A stretch of 64,000 bases of DNA from Pyrinomonadaceae bacterium (GCA_046313635.1 JBKBYA010000007.1:1-64000); one strand, 5' to 3'; numbered from the stretch's first letter, positions 40,049-51,175 are shown. The notes: generated from the sequence alone by a model not told the origin. A program made the numbers and translations.

Positions 40049-41515
40049 ATGGCAGAACACGAAGTAAACAATTCGACCGAGGACAAAGGGTCAGGAACCG
40101 AGCCCGCAAGGCGCGGCGGCCGGATGTACGGCGTTAAGGTCGTCGTCGTGGTCGGCTTTGTCGCCTTTGCCGCCGCCATCGCGGGCGTCGCGATGCTGAC
40201 CAACATCATCGAGCGTAAGAATGAGGCCCGCAATCCATTCTTTCGCGTCGTCGAGCTGACCGACGACACGGTCGACCCTGAGGTGTGGGGCAAGAATTTT
40301 CCGCTGCAGTATGACGGCTACCGGCGAACGGTCGACCAGGTGCGCACACGCTACGGCGGCAGCGAGGCCGTACAGCAGACACCCGACAACGCCGATCCGC
40401 GCTCGGTCGTCGCCCAGTCGCGTCTCGAAGAAGATCCGCGGCTCAAGACGATGTGGGACGGCTACGCCTTTGCGGTCGACTTTCGCGAGGAGCGCGGCCA
40501 TGCGTATATGCTCGATGACCAGACATACACCGAGCGGCAAAAGGTGGTCGCGCAGCCGGGCACGTGCATCAACTGCCACGCATCGGCCTACGCGACATAC
40601 AAAAAGCTCGGCGACGGCGACATCTTTAAGGGCTTTGACGTGCTCAACAAGATGCCGTACACCGAGGCCCGCAAGGAGGTCACGCATCCGGTCGCGTGCA
40701 TCGACTGTCACGACCCGGCGACGATGCAGCTCCGCGTGACGAGGCCGGCATTCATGACCGCGATCGCGCAGGTAAAGGCGTCGCAGGGCGTGCAGAATTT
40801 TGACGTCAATCGCGACGCGACGCGGCAGGAGATGAGGACCTACGTCTGCGGCCAGTGCCACGTCGAGTACTACTTTAAGGGCGCCGAAAAGACGCTCACC
40901 TACCCGTGGCAGAATGGTCTCAAGGTCGAAAATATCCTCGCATATTACGACGGCGTGCAGCACAAGGACTGGACGCACAAGCAGACCGGCGCGGGCGTGC
41001 TCAAGGCGCAGCATCCCGAGTTTGAGATGTACAGCCAGGGCATCCACGCTCGGGCCGGCGTCTCCTGCGCCGACTGTCATATGCCCTACACGCGCGAGGG
41101 AGCGATGAAGATCAGCAACCACCACGTCCAAAGTCCTCTGCTGATGATCAATCAATCGTGCCAGACCTGCCACAAGGCGCCCGAGGATGAGCTGAAGTAC
41201 CGCATCGAGACGATCCAGACGCGCACCTTCGGCCTGCGCAATCTGGCGATGGACGCGCTGGTCCAGTTGATCGAAGACCTGCGGCTGGCGCGCGAGAGAG
41301 GTATGACCGACGAGCAGCTCGCGACGGCGCGCGACTACCAGCGAAAGGCGCAGTTCTATCTCGACTTTGTCGAGGCAGAGAACTCGATGGGCTTTCACGC
41401 TCCCGAGGAAGCGGCACGAGTGCTCGGCGAGTCGATGAACTTCACGCGAATGGGGCAGGTCGCGCTGCGCGATGTCGGCTTTAGCCGCATCGGGAATATC
41501 GCTCTTGCTCACTGA
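40049..41515 (+). CDS. nrfA: Ammonia-forming cytochrome c552 nitrite reductase NrfA (CXXCH heme-1 variant)
   Basis: RGHAY, 5 heme motifs (CINCH, CIDCH, CGQCHVEYYF, CADCH, CQTCH), KAQHPEFE, ENSMGFHAP. Confidence 0.95.
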   Translation: MAEHEVNNSTEDKGSGTEPARRGGRMYGVKVVVVVGFVAFAAAIAGVAMLTNIIERKNEARNPFFRVVELTDDTVDPEVWGKNFPLQYDGYRRTVDQVRTRYGGSEAVQQTPDNADPRSVVAQSRLEEDPRLKTMWDGYAFAVDFREERGHAYMLDDQTYTERQKVVAQPGTCINCHASAYATYKKLGDGDIFKGFDVLNKMPYTEARKEVTHPVACIDCHDPATMQLRVTRPAFMTAIAQVKASQGVQNFDVNRDATRQEMRTYVCGQCHVEYYFKGAEKTLTYPWQNGLKVENILAYYDGVQHKDWTHKQTGAGVLKAQHPEFEMYSQGIHARAGVSCADCHMPYTREGAMKISNHHVQSPLLMINQSCQTCHKAPEDELKYRIETIQTRTFGLRNLAMDALVQLIEDLRLARERGMTDEQLATARDYQRKAQFYLDFVEAENSMGFHAPEEAARVLGESMNFTRMGQVALRDVGFSRIGNIALAH

Positions 41516-41540
41516 CACGATCGCTTCGAGATCTCGTGCA

Positions 41541-41571
41541 AAAAGGCCGTCAAAAAGTTTGACGGCCTTTT
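41541..41571. terminator. Intrinsic terminator after nrfA
   Basis: AAAAGGCCGTCAAA-AAG-TTTGACGGCCTTTT. Confidence 0.8.
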
Positions 41572-41649
41572 CGATCTTGGGTGCGTCTAACTGTCTGCCG
41601 GCGGCAAAACGTCCCTCAGATCAAAGCAGCCGCCGGCGCGAGAGCGATC

Positions 41650-42918
41650 ATGGACAGAAGGTATTTTTTAAGGTCGGCAGGTCTCGGGATGGCGAGCTTT
41701 GGCCTGATGGCGGCGGCCCCCGAATTTTTGCATCAGTTCGCGGCGGCGCAGACGACCGCGGGCAAGTTTGGTAAAAAGAAGATCCTCGTCACCGTCTTTC
41801 AGCGCGGCGCGGTCGACGGGCTCAACGTCGTCGTGCCGTACGGCGACAGCCGCTACTACGATCTGCGGCGCACGATCGCCGTGCCGCGGCCGGGTCAGAC
41901 CGACGGAGCTCTCGATCTCGACGGCCACTTTGGCCTGCATCCCGCGCTCGCGCCGCTCGCGCCGCTGTGGAAGTCGAAGCAGTTCGCCGTCGTGCATTCG
42001 GTCGGCTCGCCTGACAACACTCGTTCACACTTTGACGCGCAGGATTACATGGAGGCGGGCACGCCCGGTGTCAAGAGCACGCCCGACGGCTGGCTCAATC
42101 GCGTGCTGCAGCAAACGAGCGCGAAAGACGCGTCGCCATTTCGCGCCGTCGCGATGACGCCGCAGCTGCCGCGTTCGCTCTACGGCAAGGCGCCATCGGT
42201 CGCGATGACCAATCTCGCCGACTTCGCGATCAACGCCGGCATCTACACGGGCGATCTCAAGGGCGGCTTCGAAGGCGTCTGGCAGCAGAACGCGAAAGAC
42301 TCGCTCGGCGAGACCGGCAAGGAAACTTTTGAGGCCGTCAACTTTCTCAAAAAGGCCGACCCGGCAAAGTACAAGCCCGAGAACGGCGCCGTCTATCCCA
42401 ACACCGAATTTGGCCGCTCGATGATGCAGATCGCGCAGCTCATCAAGGCCGGCGTCGGGCTCGAGGTCGCCTTCACCGACACGGGCAGCGACATCCGCTG
42501 GGACACGCACACCAACGAGGGCGGCTCGCGCGGGCAGCTCGCGAATTTCCTGCGGACCTACGGTCAGGCGCTCGCCGCATTCGCGACCGACCTCGGTAAG
42601 CGGATGGACGACGTGCTTGTGCTGACGATGTCAGAATTTGGCCGCACCGCGCGTGAAAACGGCTCGCGCGGAACCGACCACGGCCACGGCAACGTGATGT
42701 TCGCACTCGGAAATTCGGTCAAGGGCGGCAAGGTCTACGGCGAATGGAAAGGCCTCAAAGACGACCAGCTCAACGAGGGCCGCGACCTCGCGGTGACGAC
42801 CGACTTCCGCGACGTCTTTGCCGAGGTCGCAAACAAACATCTCGGAGCTCGCGACCTGAATTCGCTGTTCCCGAAATATGCGGTGAGCAAATCGAACTTC
42901 CGCGGCTTACTGGCCTAA
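41650..42918 (+). CDS. DUF1501-family Tat-exported protein
   Basis: MDRRYFL twin-Arg, RGAVDGLN, RSHFDAQ, WDTH, SEFGRT, GTDHG. Confidence 0.9.
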   Translation: MDRRYFLRSAGLGMASFGLMAAAPEFLHQFAAAQTTAGKFGKKKILVTVFQRGAVDGLNVVVPYGDSRYYDLRRTIAVPRPGQTDGALDLDGHFGLHPALAPLAPLWKSKQFAVVHSVGSPDNTRSHFDAQDYMEAGTPGVKSTPDGWLNRVLQQTSAKDASPFRAVAMTPQLPRSLYGKAPSVAMTNLADFAINAGIYTGDLKGGFEGVWQQNAKDSLGETGKETFEAVNFLKKADPAKYKPENGAVYPNTEFGRSMMQIAQLIKAGVGLEVAFTDTGSDIRWDTHTNEGGSRGQLANFLRTYGQALAAFATDLGKRMDDVLVLTMSEFGRTARENGSRGTDHGHGNVMFALGNSVKGGKVYGEWKGLKDDQLNEGRDLAVTTDFRDVFAEVANKHLGARDLNSLFPKYAVSKSNFRGLLA

Positions 42919-42924
42919 GCATTT

Positions 42925-42989
42925 CAGCCACAGATGAACACGGATGCACACGGATCTGATCTGTGTATATCTGTGTACATCCGTGGCTG
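42925..42989. repeat. Inverted ACACGGAT/ATCTGTGT decamer repeat element
   Basis: CAGCCACAGATGAACACGGATGCACACGGAT ... ATCTGTGTATATCTGTGTACATCCGTGGCTG. Confidence 0.8.
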
Positions 42990-43035
42990 GTGATCTGCCT
43001 CGCCGAACGGGCAAAGTTTTGTCGAACAAGGAGTC

Positions 43036-43119
43036 TCCCGCAAAGTCGCAAAGGCCGCATAGAAGTGATCGATCTCTCTGCGGCTTTATTCTTCTTTGCG
43101 TCTTTGCGGCTTTGCGGGA
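43036..43119. repeat. Inverted CGCAAAG/CTTTGCG repeat element
   Basis: TCCCGCAAAGTCGCAAAG ... CTTTGCGTCTTTGCGGCTTTGCGGGA; same family as 30613 and 36208. Confidence 0.8.
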
Positions 43120-43130
43120 AACTATCTCTC

Positions 43131-43820
43131 GTGCCGTCATTCGCTCGCCGCAGCACCAGGCTCGAACGCATCGACACCGGCGACTACACGCCGGCGGAGT
43201 ACGAGCGATTCCTGCGCGAGATCCGCTTTATCAATCGCTACCTTGGCGAAGCCCGCGCGCTCCGCAAGACGCTGCTCCGCGAGATCGAGCAAGAGGACCT
43301 GAGAGAATTTTCCGTCCTCGACGTCGCATGCGGCTCGGGCGAGCTGCTCCGGCAGACGGCCGAATTCGCACGCCGCTCGCATCGCAAAGCGCGGTTGACG
43401 GGCATCGATCTCAACGATCTCTCGGCGTCGATCACGCTCAGCGAGTCGCGCGACTTTGCAGAGATCGAGAGCGTGCGCGGCGACGCGTTCCGTTTGCCGT
43501 TTGCTGACGATGCGTTCGACTACGCGATCTCGTCGCTCTTTTTTCACCACCTCACCGACGAGCAGATCCCGCTCGTCCTCGCCGAAATGTCCCGCGTCGC
43601 AAGCCGCGGCGTCTACGTCATCGACCTGCACCGTCACCCTGCGGCGTACTACTTGTACAAGCTGTTCTGTTTTGGATTTGGTATCTCGCCGCTCGTGACC
43701 GAGGACGGATCGCTGTCGATACTGAGAGGGTTCAAGCCCGACGAGTTTGAGAGTTCATTAGCTGTTGACCGAGTGGCACCATTTCGACTCGTCGCTCGAG
43801 GGCGGAAACACGAGCGGTAG
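43131..43820 (+). CDS. Class I SAM-dependent methyltransferase
   Basis: VLDVACGSG, GDAFRLPF, FDYAISSLFFHH, IDLHR; GTG start at 43131. Confidence 0.88.
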   Translation: MPSFARRSTRLERIDTGDYTPAEYERFLREIRFINRYLGEARALRKTLLREIEQEDLREFSVLDVACGSGELLRQTAEFARRSHRKARLTGIDLNDLSASITLSESRDFAEIESVRGDAFRLPFADDAFDYAISSLFFHHLTDEQIPLVLAEMSRVASRGVYVIDLHRHPAAYYLYKLFCFGFGISPLVTEDGSLSILRGFKPDEFESSLAVDRVAPFRLVARGRKHER

Positions 43821-43953
43821 CGAGTGTGCGCCGCGTAATCAGTTCGGAGTTCAGAGTTCGTGGTTCAGGGTCAGTTCCTAAATTAACTCTGAACTCGGAA
43901 CCCTGAACTCTGAACTTACGACGCGCACCCTCGCTACCGCTCGGGTTTCTGCC
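43801..43953. repeat. Nested palindrome: REP-like outer arms enclosing inverted heptamer repeats
   Basis: Outer arms 43801-43830 / 43924-43953; inner (AGTTCAG)-like x4 at 43841-43871 / (CTGAACT)-like x4 at 43886-43916. Confidence 0.85.
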
Positions 43954-43954
43954 G

Positions 43955-45154
<1,200 letters not shown>

Positions 45155-45236
45155 CGTTGAATATCGAGAAAGTTCTTTTCCAGCCCTCAGTTGATAAAGT
45201 AGATTTAAGTTACAGATTAACGAGGGAGGGTAAAAA

Positions 45237-46511
45237 ATGGTAATGCTGACCGAGCTGCTGCGTTTCGAGGTGCGTGATGCATCGGGAGCGCGGGCCGCCG
45301 TCAGCGACCTCTCGATCGCGCTGCTCGACGACGATCACCCGCCGGTCACGCACGTTATTTTTACCGACAAGCACGGAAAGACGCGCCGCACCGAATGGGC
45401 GCGGCAGGCTCCGGTCGAGATCGACGAGCGCGGGCGAGTGCTGCGCGTGCGCGACCTCGGCGACGCGGATGAGTTCGATGTGGGCGAGTGCAGCGACGTC
45501 CTTCTTCGCCGCGACATAATGGACGCGCTCATTCTCGACCTGCTCGGCCGCCGCACGACCCGCGTGTGCGATCTGCTGATGGAGCAGGACGAGGCTGACG
45601 GCGAACTGCGCGTCAAGGCCGCCGACGCAGGTCTCGCGGCGATGTTCAGACGCGTGACGCGCGGGCGAATAGGCCCGGTCGACCGCGAATCGATGTTTGA
45701 CTGGAAGTATGTCGAATTCCTCCGCGGCGACCCGCACGCGGTGGACAACGGCGCCGGCTATCGTTTGCGGATCAATCGCCTGCCGGCCGGCGAGATCGCG
45801 CGGCTGGCCGACTATGTTCCTTACCTGCACGCCGCCGAACTTATCCGCCTGCTGCCCGACGAAAAGGCCGCCGACGTTCTCGAGGCGATGTCGGTCGCAC
45901 GGCAGCTGCAGGTCATCGAGGAGCTCGACGACGACGAGGCCGTCGAGCTGATCTGCCTGATGTCGCCCGACCTCGCGACCGATCTGATCGGCCGCGTGCA
46001 GCTCGATACGATGAAGCGCTGGCTCGATCTGATGCCGCGGCAATGTCGCGAGCGAATCGTCGCGCTGCTGCGATATCCCGAAGCGTCGGTCGGCGGCGTG
46101 ATGGTCAACGACATCATCGTCGTGCCGGCGCGCGCGAGCGTGCGCGAGGCACAGCAGATCGTGCGCGGGCGGCTCAGAGAGGCCAGCTTCGCCTCGGTGA
46201 TCTTTGTCGTCGGTGACGACGGCGGCGTCGGCGGGCGCGGGCAAAAGCTGTGCGGAGCGATGGCGCTGAAAGAGCTCTTTGCCGCCGACGAGAGTCTGGT
46301 CGTGAGCGACGCGATGGACCCGTATCTCGAGGCGCTCGGGCCGTTTGACTCGGCGAGCGAGGCCGCGTACCGGATCGTGAGCGGTCAGCTCTCTGCGATG
46401 CCGGTCGTCGACGAGCAGGGCTCTCTCATCGGCGCGATGACGATCAGCCACGCCATCGCGCAGCTCGTGCCGCGGTCGAGCGATCTTCAGACGCTGAGGG
46501 TCTTTGCATGA
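45237..46511 (+). CDS. Soluble MgtE-like protein (PRC-like, MgtE N-terminal and CBS domains; no membrane domain)
   Basis: [51 protein letters not shown]. Confidence 0.75.
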   Translation: MVMLTELLRFEVRDASGARAAVSDLSIALLDDDHPPVTHVIFTDKHGKTRRTEWARQAPVEIDERGRVLRVRDLGDADEFDVGECSDVLLRRDIMDALILDLLGRRTTRVCDLLMEQDEADGELRVKAADAGLAAMFRRVTRGRIGPVDRESMFDWKYVEFLRGDPHAVDNGAGYRLRINRLPAGEIARLADYVPYLHAAELIRLLPDEKAADVLEAMSVARQLQVIEELDDDEAVELICLMSPDLATDLIGRVQLDTMKRWLDLMPRQCRERIVALLRYPEASVGGVMVNDIIVVPARASVREAQQIVRGRLREASFASVIFVVGDDGGVGGRGQKLCGAMALKELFAADESLVVSDAMDPYLEALGPFDSASEAAYRIVSGQLSAMPVVDEQGSLIGAMTISHAIAQLVPRSSDLQTLRVFA

Positions 46512-47893
46512 CGACTCGACAAGAATCTCTCGGGGGCCTCGAGCCTATCGAGGACATCGAACTGGCCGGGCTAATGGACCGCCCAAAGACGCTGCCCACG
46601 GGAATGCGGATCAACATCCGCGGGCACAGCATCTACCTTCGCGGGCTGCGCCGGCCGCCGACCGGCATTTGGAAATGGCTGCTAATCCTCGGGCCCGGCC
46701 TCATCGCGACATCGGCGGGTAACGACGCGGGCGGCATCGCGACGTACAGCTCGGCCGGCGCACGGTACGGCTATGATCTGATCTGGGTGATGGTCGTGCT
46801 GACGCTGTCGTTTGCCGTCGTACAGGAGATGTGCTCGCGGCTCGGCGCGGCGACGGGGCGCGGGCTGCTCGATCTCATTCGCGAGAGATTCGGCGTCGGC
46901 TGGACGCTCTTTGCGATCGGGATAATCATCGTCGCAAACGGCGGCGTGACGATCAGCGAATTTGTCGGCATCGGCGCCGCGTCAGAACTGCTCGGCGTGA
47001 GCAAATACGTCTCGGTGCCGATCGCGGCCGTCGCGCTGTGGTATCTCGTGATCTTTGGCTCGTACGCGCGCGTCGAGAAGCTTTTTCTCGTGATGACGCT
47101 CGTCTTTTTTGCATACCCGGTCGCGGCGATACTCGGCGGGCCCGACTGGGGCGGCGTGGCCAAAGGCGCCGTTATTCCAAAGATCAGGTTTGAGAGCGAG
47201 TACATTTTTATCCTCGTCGGCCTGCTCGGCACGACGCTGACGCCGTACATCCAGATCTTTCAGCAAAGCTCGATCGTCGAACGGGGCAGCGCGCGCAAGC
47301 ATTACGGGCCGGAGCGGATGGATGCGTATTTCGGTTCGGTCTTTTCAAATCTGATGTCGATCTCGATGATCGTCGCGACCGCCGCTACGCTGTATGTCGC
47401 GGGCAATCACGAGATCGAAAGCGCGGCCGACGCGGCAAAGGCGCTCGAGCCGGTCGCCGGATCGTCGGCGACGCTGCTTTTCGCCATCGGCCTGCTCGGC
47501 GCGTCCCTGCTCGCCGCGGGCGTTTTGCCGCTCGCGACGTCGTACGCGATCAGCGAGGCCTTTGGGATACCGAAGGGCGTGAATCTGGACTATCGCCGCG
47601 GCAAGGTCTTTTTCGGATTGTTCACGGCGTTCGTCGTGCTGGGCGCGGCCGCCGCGCTGGTGCCGAATGTCCCGATCTTTCCGCTGCTGGTCGGCATACA
47701 GGTGCTCAACGGCGTGCTGCTGCCGATCATCCTCGTCTTTATCCTGCTGCTCGTCAACGACGAGCGTTTGACCGGCGAGCTCAAGAACACGCTCACATAT
47801 AACGTCCTCGGCTGGGGCACATTCGCGCTCATCACGCTCGCGGTATTGGTGATGTTTGCCGGACAGATCTACGAGCTGATCGTTGGCGGTTAA
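46508..47893 (+). CDS. NRAMP-related divalent metal (likely Mg2+) transporter
   Basis: GPGLIATSAGNDAGGIATY, QEMCSRLG..TGRGL, GTTLTPY; about 11 TM helices. Confidence 0.9.
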   Translation: MTTRQESLGGLEPIEDIELAGLMDRPKTLPTGMRINIRGHSIYLRGLRRPPTGIWKWLLILGPGLIATSAGNDAGGIATYSSAGARYGYDLIWVMVVLTLSFAVVQEMCSRLGAATGRGLLDLIRERFGVGWTLFAIGIIIVANGGVTISEFVGIGAASELLGVSKYVSVPIAAVALWYLVIFGSYARVEKLFLVMTLVFFAYPVAAILGGPDWGGVAKGAVIPKIRFESEYIFILVGLLGTTLTPYIQIFQQSSIVERGSARKHYGPERMDAYFGSVFSNLMSISMIVATAATLYVAGNHEIESAADAAKALEPVAGSSATLLFAIGLLGASLLAAGVLPLATSYAISEAFGIPKGVNLDYRRGKVFFGLFTAFVVLGAAAALVPNVPIFPLLVGIQVLNGVLLPIILVFILLLVNDERLTGELKNTLTYNVLGWGTFALITLAVLVMFAGQIYELIVGG

Positions 47894-47897
47894 TAAG

Positions 47898-48246
47898 AAT
47901 TTTTGCCGCGGATCGACGCAGATCGCGCGGATCGGACATCCGATTTGCTTTTCCTGATCCGCGGCATCCGCGTGATCCGCGGCAAAAATTACGGCCCGCA
48001 TGCGGAGATCGTTCGTTCGAGTCAATGACGGCCTCTAACCGCGGATGGCGCGGATAAGATATTTGATCTGCTTTTCTTGATCCGCGGCATCCGCGTGATC
48101 CGCGGCAAAAATTACGGCTCGTTTTCGTAGATCGTTCGTTCGAGTCAATGACGGCCTCTAACCGCGGATCGACGCAGATAGCGCGGATAAGATATTTGAT
48201 CTGCTATTCATGATCTGCGCTATCCGCGTGATCCGCGGCAAAAATT
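47898..48246. repeat. Three-unit tandem array of CCGCGGAT/ATCCGCGG palindromes with near-identical linkers (BIME-like)
   Basis: ATCCGCGTGATCCGCGGCAAAAATT ends at 47990, 48113 and 48246; linker AGATCGTTCGTTCGAGTCAATGACGGCCTCTAA occurs twice. Confidence 0.88.
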
Positions 48247-48334
48247 CCTTAACCCGGACACGCCGCGAAGTGACCGAGCTCACCTCGTCTCGACTTCGTG
48301 CGACCGCTTTTCTGCTATTATTTTCTCAACCCGA

Positions 48335-49732
48335 ATGACAGGATCACAAAAACTCTGGGGCGGCCGTTTTACGAGCGGGCCGGACGAGACCTTTACCGAA
48401 TTCAACAATTCTTTCCGTTTCGATCGGAGGCTTTTCGAGGCCGATGTCGAGGCGAGCATCGCGCACGCCGAGGCGATCAGAGGCGCCGGCGTGCTGAGCG
48501 AAGCCGAGCTCGCGCGGATCAAGAAAGGGCTCGCGACGCTGCTCAAACGCTCGCGCGACGAGAGCGAATTTTTTGACGCGAGCGACGCCGAGGACGTGCA
48601 TTCCTTTATCGAGTCGGAGCTCGTAAAGCTCGTCGGCGACGCGGGCAAAAAGATTCACACCGGCCGCAGCCGCAACGATCAGGTCGCGACCGCTTTCAGG
48701 CTCTGGCTGCGCGGCGAGACCGCGTCGCTGATCGGCGAGATCCGCCGCGTGCAGCGATCTCTTGTCTCCGCCGCCGAACGGCACGAGCAGGCTGTCATTC
48801 CCGGCTACACGCACCTGCAGCGCGCGCAGCCGGTGCTGTGGGCGCACTGGTGCCTGGCGTATTTCGAGATGCTGAAACGCGACGTCGAGAGGCTCGGCGA
48901 CGCGCTCGAGCGCATCAACGTGCTGCCGCTCGGCTCGGGAGCGTTGGCCGGCTCGGGCTTTGCGGTCGACCGCGCGGCCGTGGCGAAACGGCTCGGATTC
49001 AGAGCCGTCTCGGCAAACAGTCTCGACGCGGTATCCGATCGCGATTTCGCGGTCGAGTTTGTCGGCGCTTGCTCTCTGCTGATGATGCATCTGTCTCGCA
49101 TGGCCGAGGACCTGATCATTTACTGCTCGACCGAGTTCGGATTTGTCGAATTAAGCGACGCCGTCTCGTCGGGCTCGAGCCTGATGCCGCAAAAGAAAAA
49201 TCCCGACGCGCTCGAGCTGCTCCGCGGCAAGGCCGGGCGCGTCTTCGGCCATCACGCCGCACTGCTCGCCGTGATGAAGGGATTGCCGCTCGCCTACAAC
49301 AAGGACATGCAGGAGGACAAAGAAGCGGTCTTTGACACGGTCGACACCGTGCGGATCTCTCTGCGATCGGCCGCGATCGTGCTCGACAACCTGACGGTCA
49401 AAGAGGACCGCGCCGCGGCGGCCGCTTCGATCGGTTATCTCAACGCGACCGACCTCGCCGACTATCTCGTCAAAAAAGGCGTGCCTTTTCGCGAGGCCCA
49501 CGAAGCGGTCGGCCGCGCCGTGCTCGGCGCGATCTCGCGCGGCAAGGAGCTTCACGAACTGAGCGTCGAAGAGCTAAAGGAGTATTCACCGAAGATCGGC
49601 GACGACGCCGCGTCAGCGCTGAAGCTCTCGAGCGTGCTTGCGGCAAAAAATGTCGAAGGCGGCACCTCGCCAAAGCGTGTCTCGGCCGCGCTCCGTAAGG
49701 CAAAAAAGTATCTGGCGGCAAAACCGGACTGA
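48335..49732 (+). CDS. argH: Argininosuccinate lyase
   Basis: LWGGRF, HTGRSRNDQ, PGYTHLQRAQP, GSSLMPQKKNPD, YNKDMQEDK. Confidence 0.98.
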   Translation: MTGSQKLWGGRFTSGPDETFTEFNNSFRFDRRLFEADVEASIAHAEAIRGAGVLSEAELARIKKGLATLLKRSRDESEFFDASDAEDVHSFIESELVKLVGDAGKKIHTGRSRNDQVATAFRLWLRGETASLIGEIRRVQRSLVSAAERHEQAVIPGYTHLQRAQPVLWAHWCLAYFEMLKRDVERLGDALERINVLPLGSGALAGSGFAVDRAAVAKRLGFRAVSANSLDAVSDRDFAVEFVGACSLLMMHLSRMAEDLIIYCSTEFGFVELSDAVSSGSSLMPQKKNPDALELLRGKAGRVFGHHAALLAVMKGLPLAYNKDMQEDKEAVFDTVDTVRISLRSAAIVLDNLTVKEDRAAAAASIGYLNATDLADYLVKKGVPFREAHEAVGRAVLGAISRGKELHELSVEELKEYSPKIGDDAASALKLSSVLAAKNVEGGTSPKRVSAALRKAKKYLAAKPD

Positions 49733-49736
49733 CGCG

Positions 49737-50153
49737 ATGCACAAACAAGAAATGCTCCGCGCGACAGCGGAGAACGAGCTTCTGCAGTTTCTCGGAGTCG
49801 AGATCGTGACCGCCGAGCCCGACCGCGTCGTGCTGACGATGGAGGTCACGCCCAGGGTGCACCAGTACATGGGCATTATGAACGGCGGCGTGTCGATGTT
49901 TCTCGCCGAGACGGCCGCGTCGATCGGCGTCGTCGCAGGCCAGGACCTGACGCGTGTGACGCCGGTCGGCATCGAGATCAACGGCAATCATCTGCGGGCC
50001 GTGAGCAAGGGCGTGATCACGGTTGAAGCGACGCCGATCTATCCGGGCCGCACGATGAGCGTATGGAAGATCGAGATCACCAACGACCGCGATAAGCTCA
50101 CCTTTACAGGCCGGATCACGATGCTGATGAAACCCGGCTCAGCCCCGAGGTGA
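49737..50153 (+). CDS. PaaI-family hotdog thioesterase
   Basis: HQYMGIMNGG...LAETAASIG, GIEINGNHLR. Confidence 0.88.
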   Translation: MHKQEMLRATAENELLQFLGVEIVTAEPDRVVLTMEVTPRVHQYMGIMNGGVSMFLAETAASIGVVAGQDLTRVTPVGIEINGNHLRAVSKGVITVEATPIYPGRTMSVWKIEITNDRDKLTFTGRITMLMKPGSAPR

Positions 50154-50173
50154 GCGACCGCCGACAATGAAAA

Positions 50174-51175
50174 GTGGATAGCTTCTGTCGAGATCTGATC
50201 ACCGAATGGCGTCGTCTCGGATCGCCTAACGACGGCGAGACGGTCGTCGTCGCGGTCTCGGGCGGAGCGGATTCGGTGAGCCTGCTGATCGCGCTCGACG
50301 AGCTTCGGCGTCTCGGCAAGCTCGACCTTCGCATCGTCGCCGCTCATTTCAATCACCACCTGCGCGGCAGCGAGAGCGACGCCGACGAGCAGTTTGTCCG
50401 CGATCTGACGACCGAGCGCAAGATCGAGCTTGCCGTCGGGTCGGGCAGACCGGCCGCCGAGGGCAATCTCGAGCAGACCGCCCGCGGCCAGCGATACGAG
50501 TTTCTCGTCCGCACGGCCGGCAGTCTCCACGCCGCCGCCATTCTCACCGGCCACACGATGAACGACCAAGCCGAGACATTCCTGATGAATCTCATCCGCG
50601 GCAGCGGCATCCAAGGCCTCGCCGGCATCCGCCCTGTGCGACAGCTCGAGCACACGCTGCTCGTCCGGCCGCTGATCACGTGGGCAAAACGGATCGATAC
50701 CGAGAATTTTTGCCGTCGGATGGGCATCGAGTTTCGATATGACTCGATGAATGAGGACACGGCATTTCGCCGCGTGCGCATCCGCAAAGTTTTGCTGCCG
50801 CTGCTCGAGGACCTCAATCCAAAGATCGTCGAGCGGCTGGCATCGACGGCGGCTCTGCTGGCAGATGCGCTCGATGAGAAGGTCTCGGATGCGTCGTCGT
50901 CAGACCCGGTCCTGGCCGAGAGTCTGCCGATCGAAGAACTGGTGACAAGGGAGCGTGCCGAGCTTTATTCGACGCTTCGCGCGTGGCTCGCCGTTCGGCG
51001 GCCGGGCGGCCTGCGTTCGATCACGCTGAAACATATCGAGGCGATCGCGCGTCTCATCCATACGAGACGCAGCGGACGCGAGGTAGAATTGCCCGGCGGA
51101 GGCCGCGTCGTGAAGTCCGGCGGCATCCTAAAGTATGAGGAAAATCGGGTTGAAAAACCCTCAGACGGCCACTAA
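50174..51175 (+). CDS. tilS: tRNA(Ile)-lysidine synthase
   Basis: VAVSGGADS, HFNHHLRG, GHTMNDQAETFL, VRPL, DSMN. Confidence 0.95.
   Translation: MDSFCRDLITEWRRLGSPNDGETVVVAVSGGADSVSLLIALDELRRLGKLDLRIVAAHFNHHLRGSESDADEQFVRDLTTERKIELAVGSGRPAAEGNLEQTARGQRYEFLVRTAGSLHAAAILTGHTMNDQAETFLMNLIRGSGIQGLAGIRPVRQLEHTLLVRPLITWAKRIDTENFCRRMGIEFRYDSMNEDTAFRRVRIRKVLLPLLEDLNPKIVERLASTAALLADALDEKVSDASSSDPVLAESLPIEELVTRERAELYSTLRAWLAVRRPGGLRSITLKHIEAIARLIHTRRSGREVELPGGGRVVKSGGILKYEENRVEKPSDGH

Noticed and set aside
47898..48246. CRISPR array
   Set aside because: Repeats are 75-93 bp hairpins, the spacers are nearly identical to each other, and there are no cas genes.
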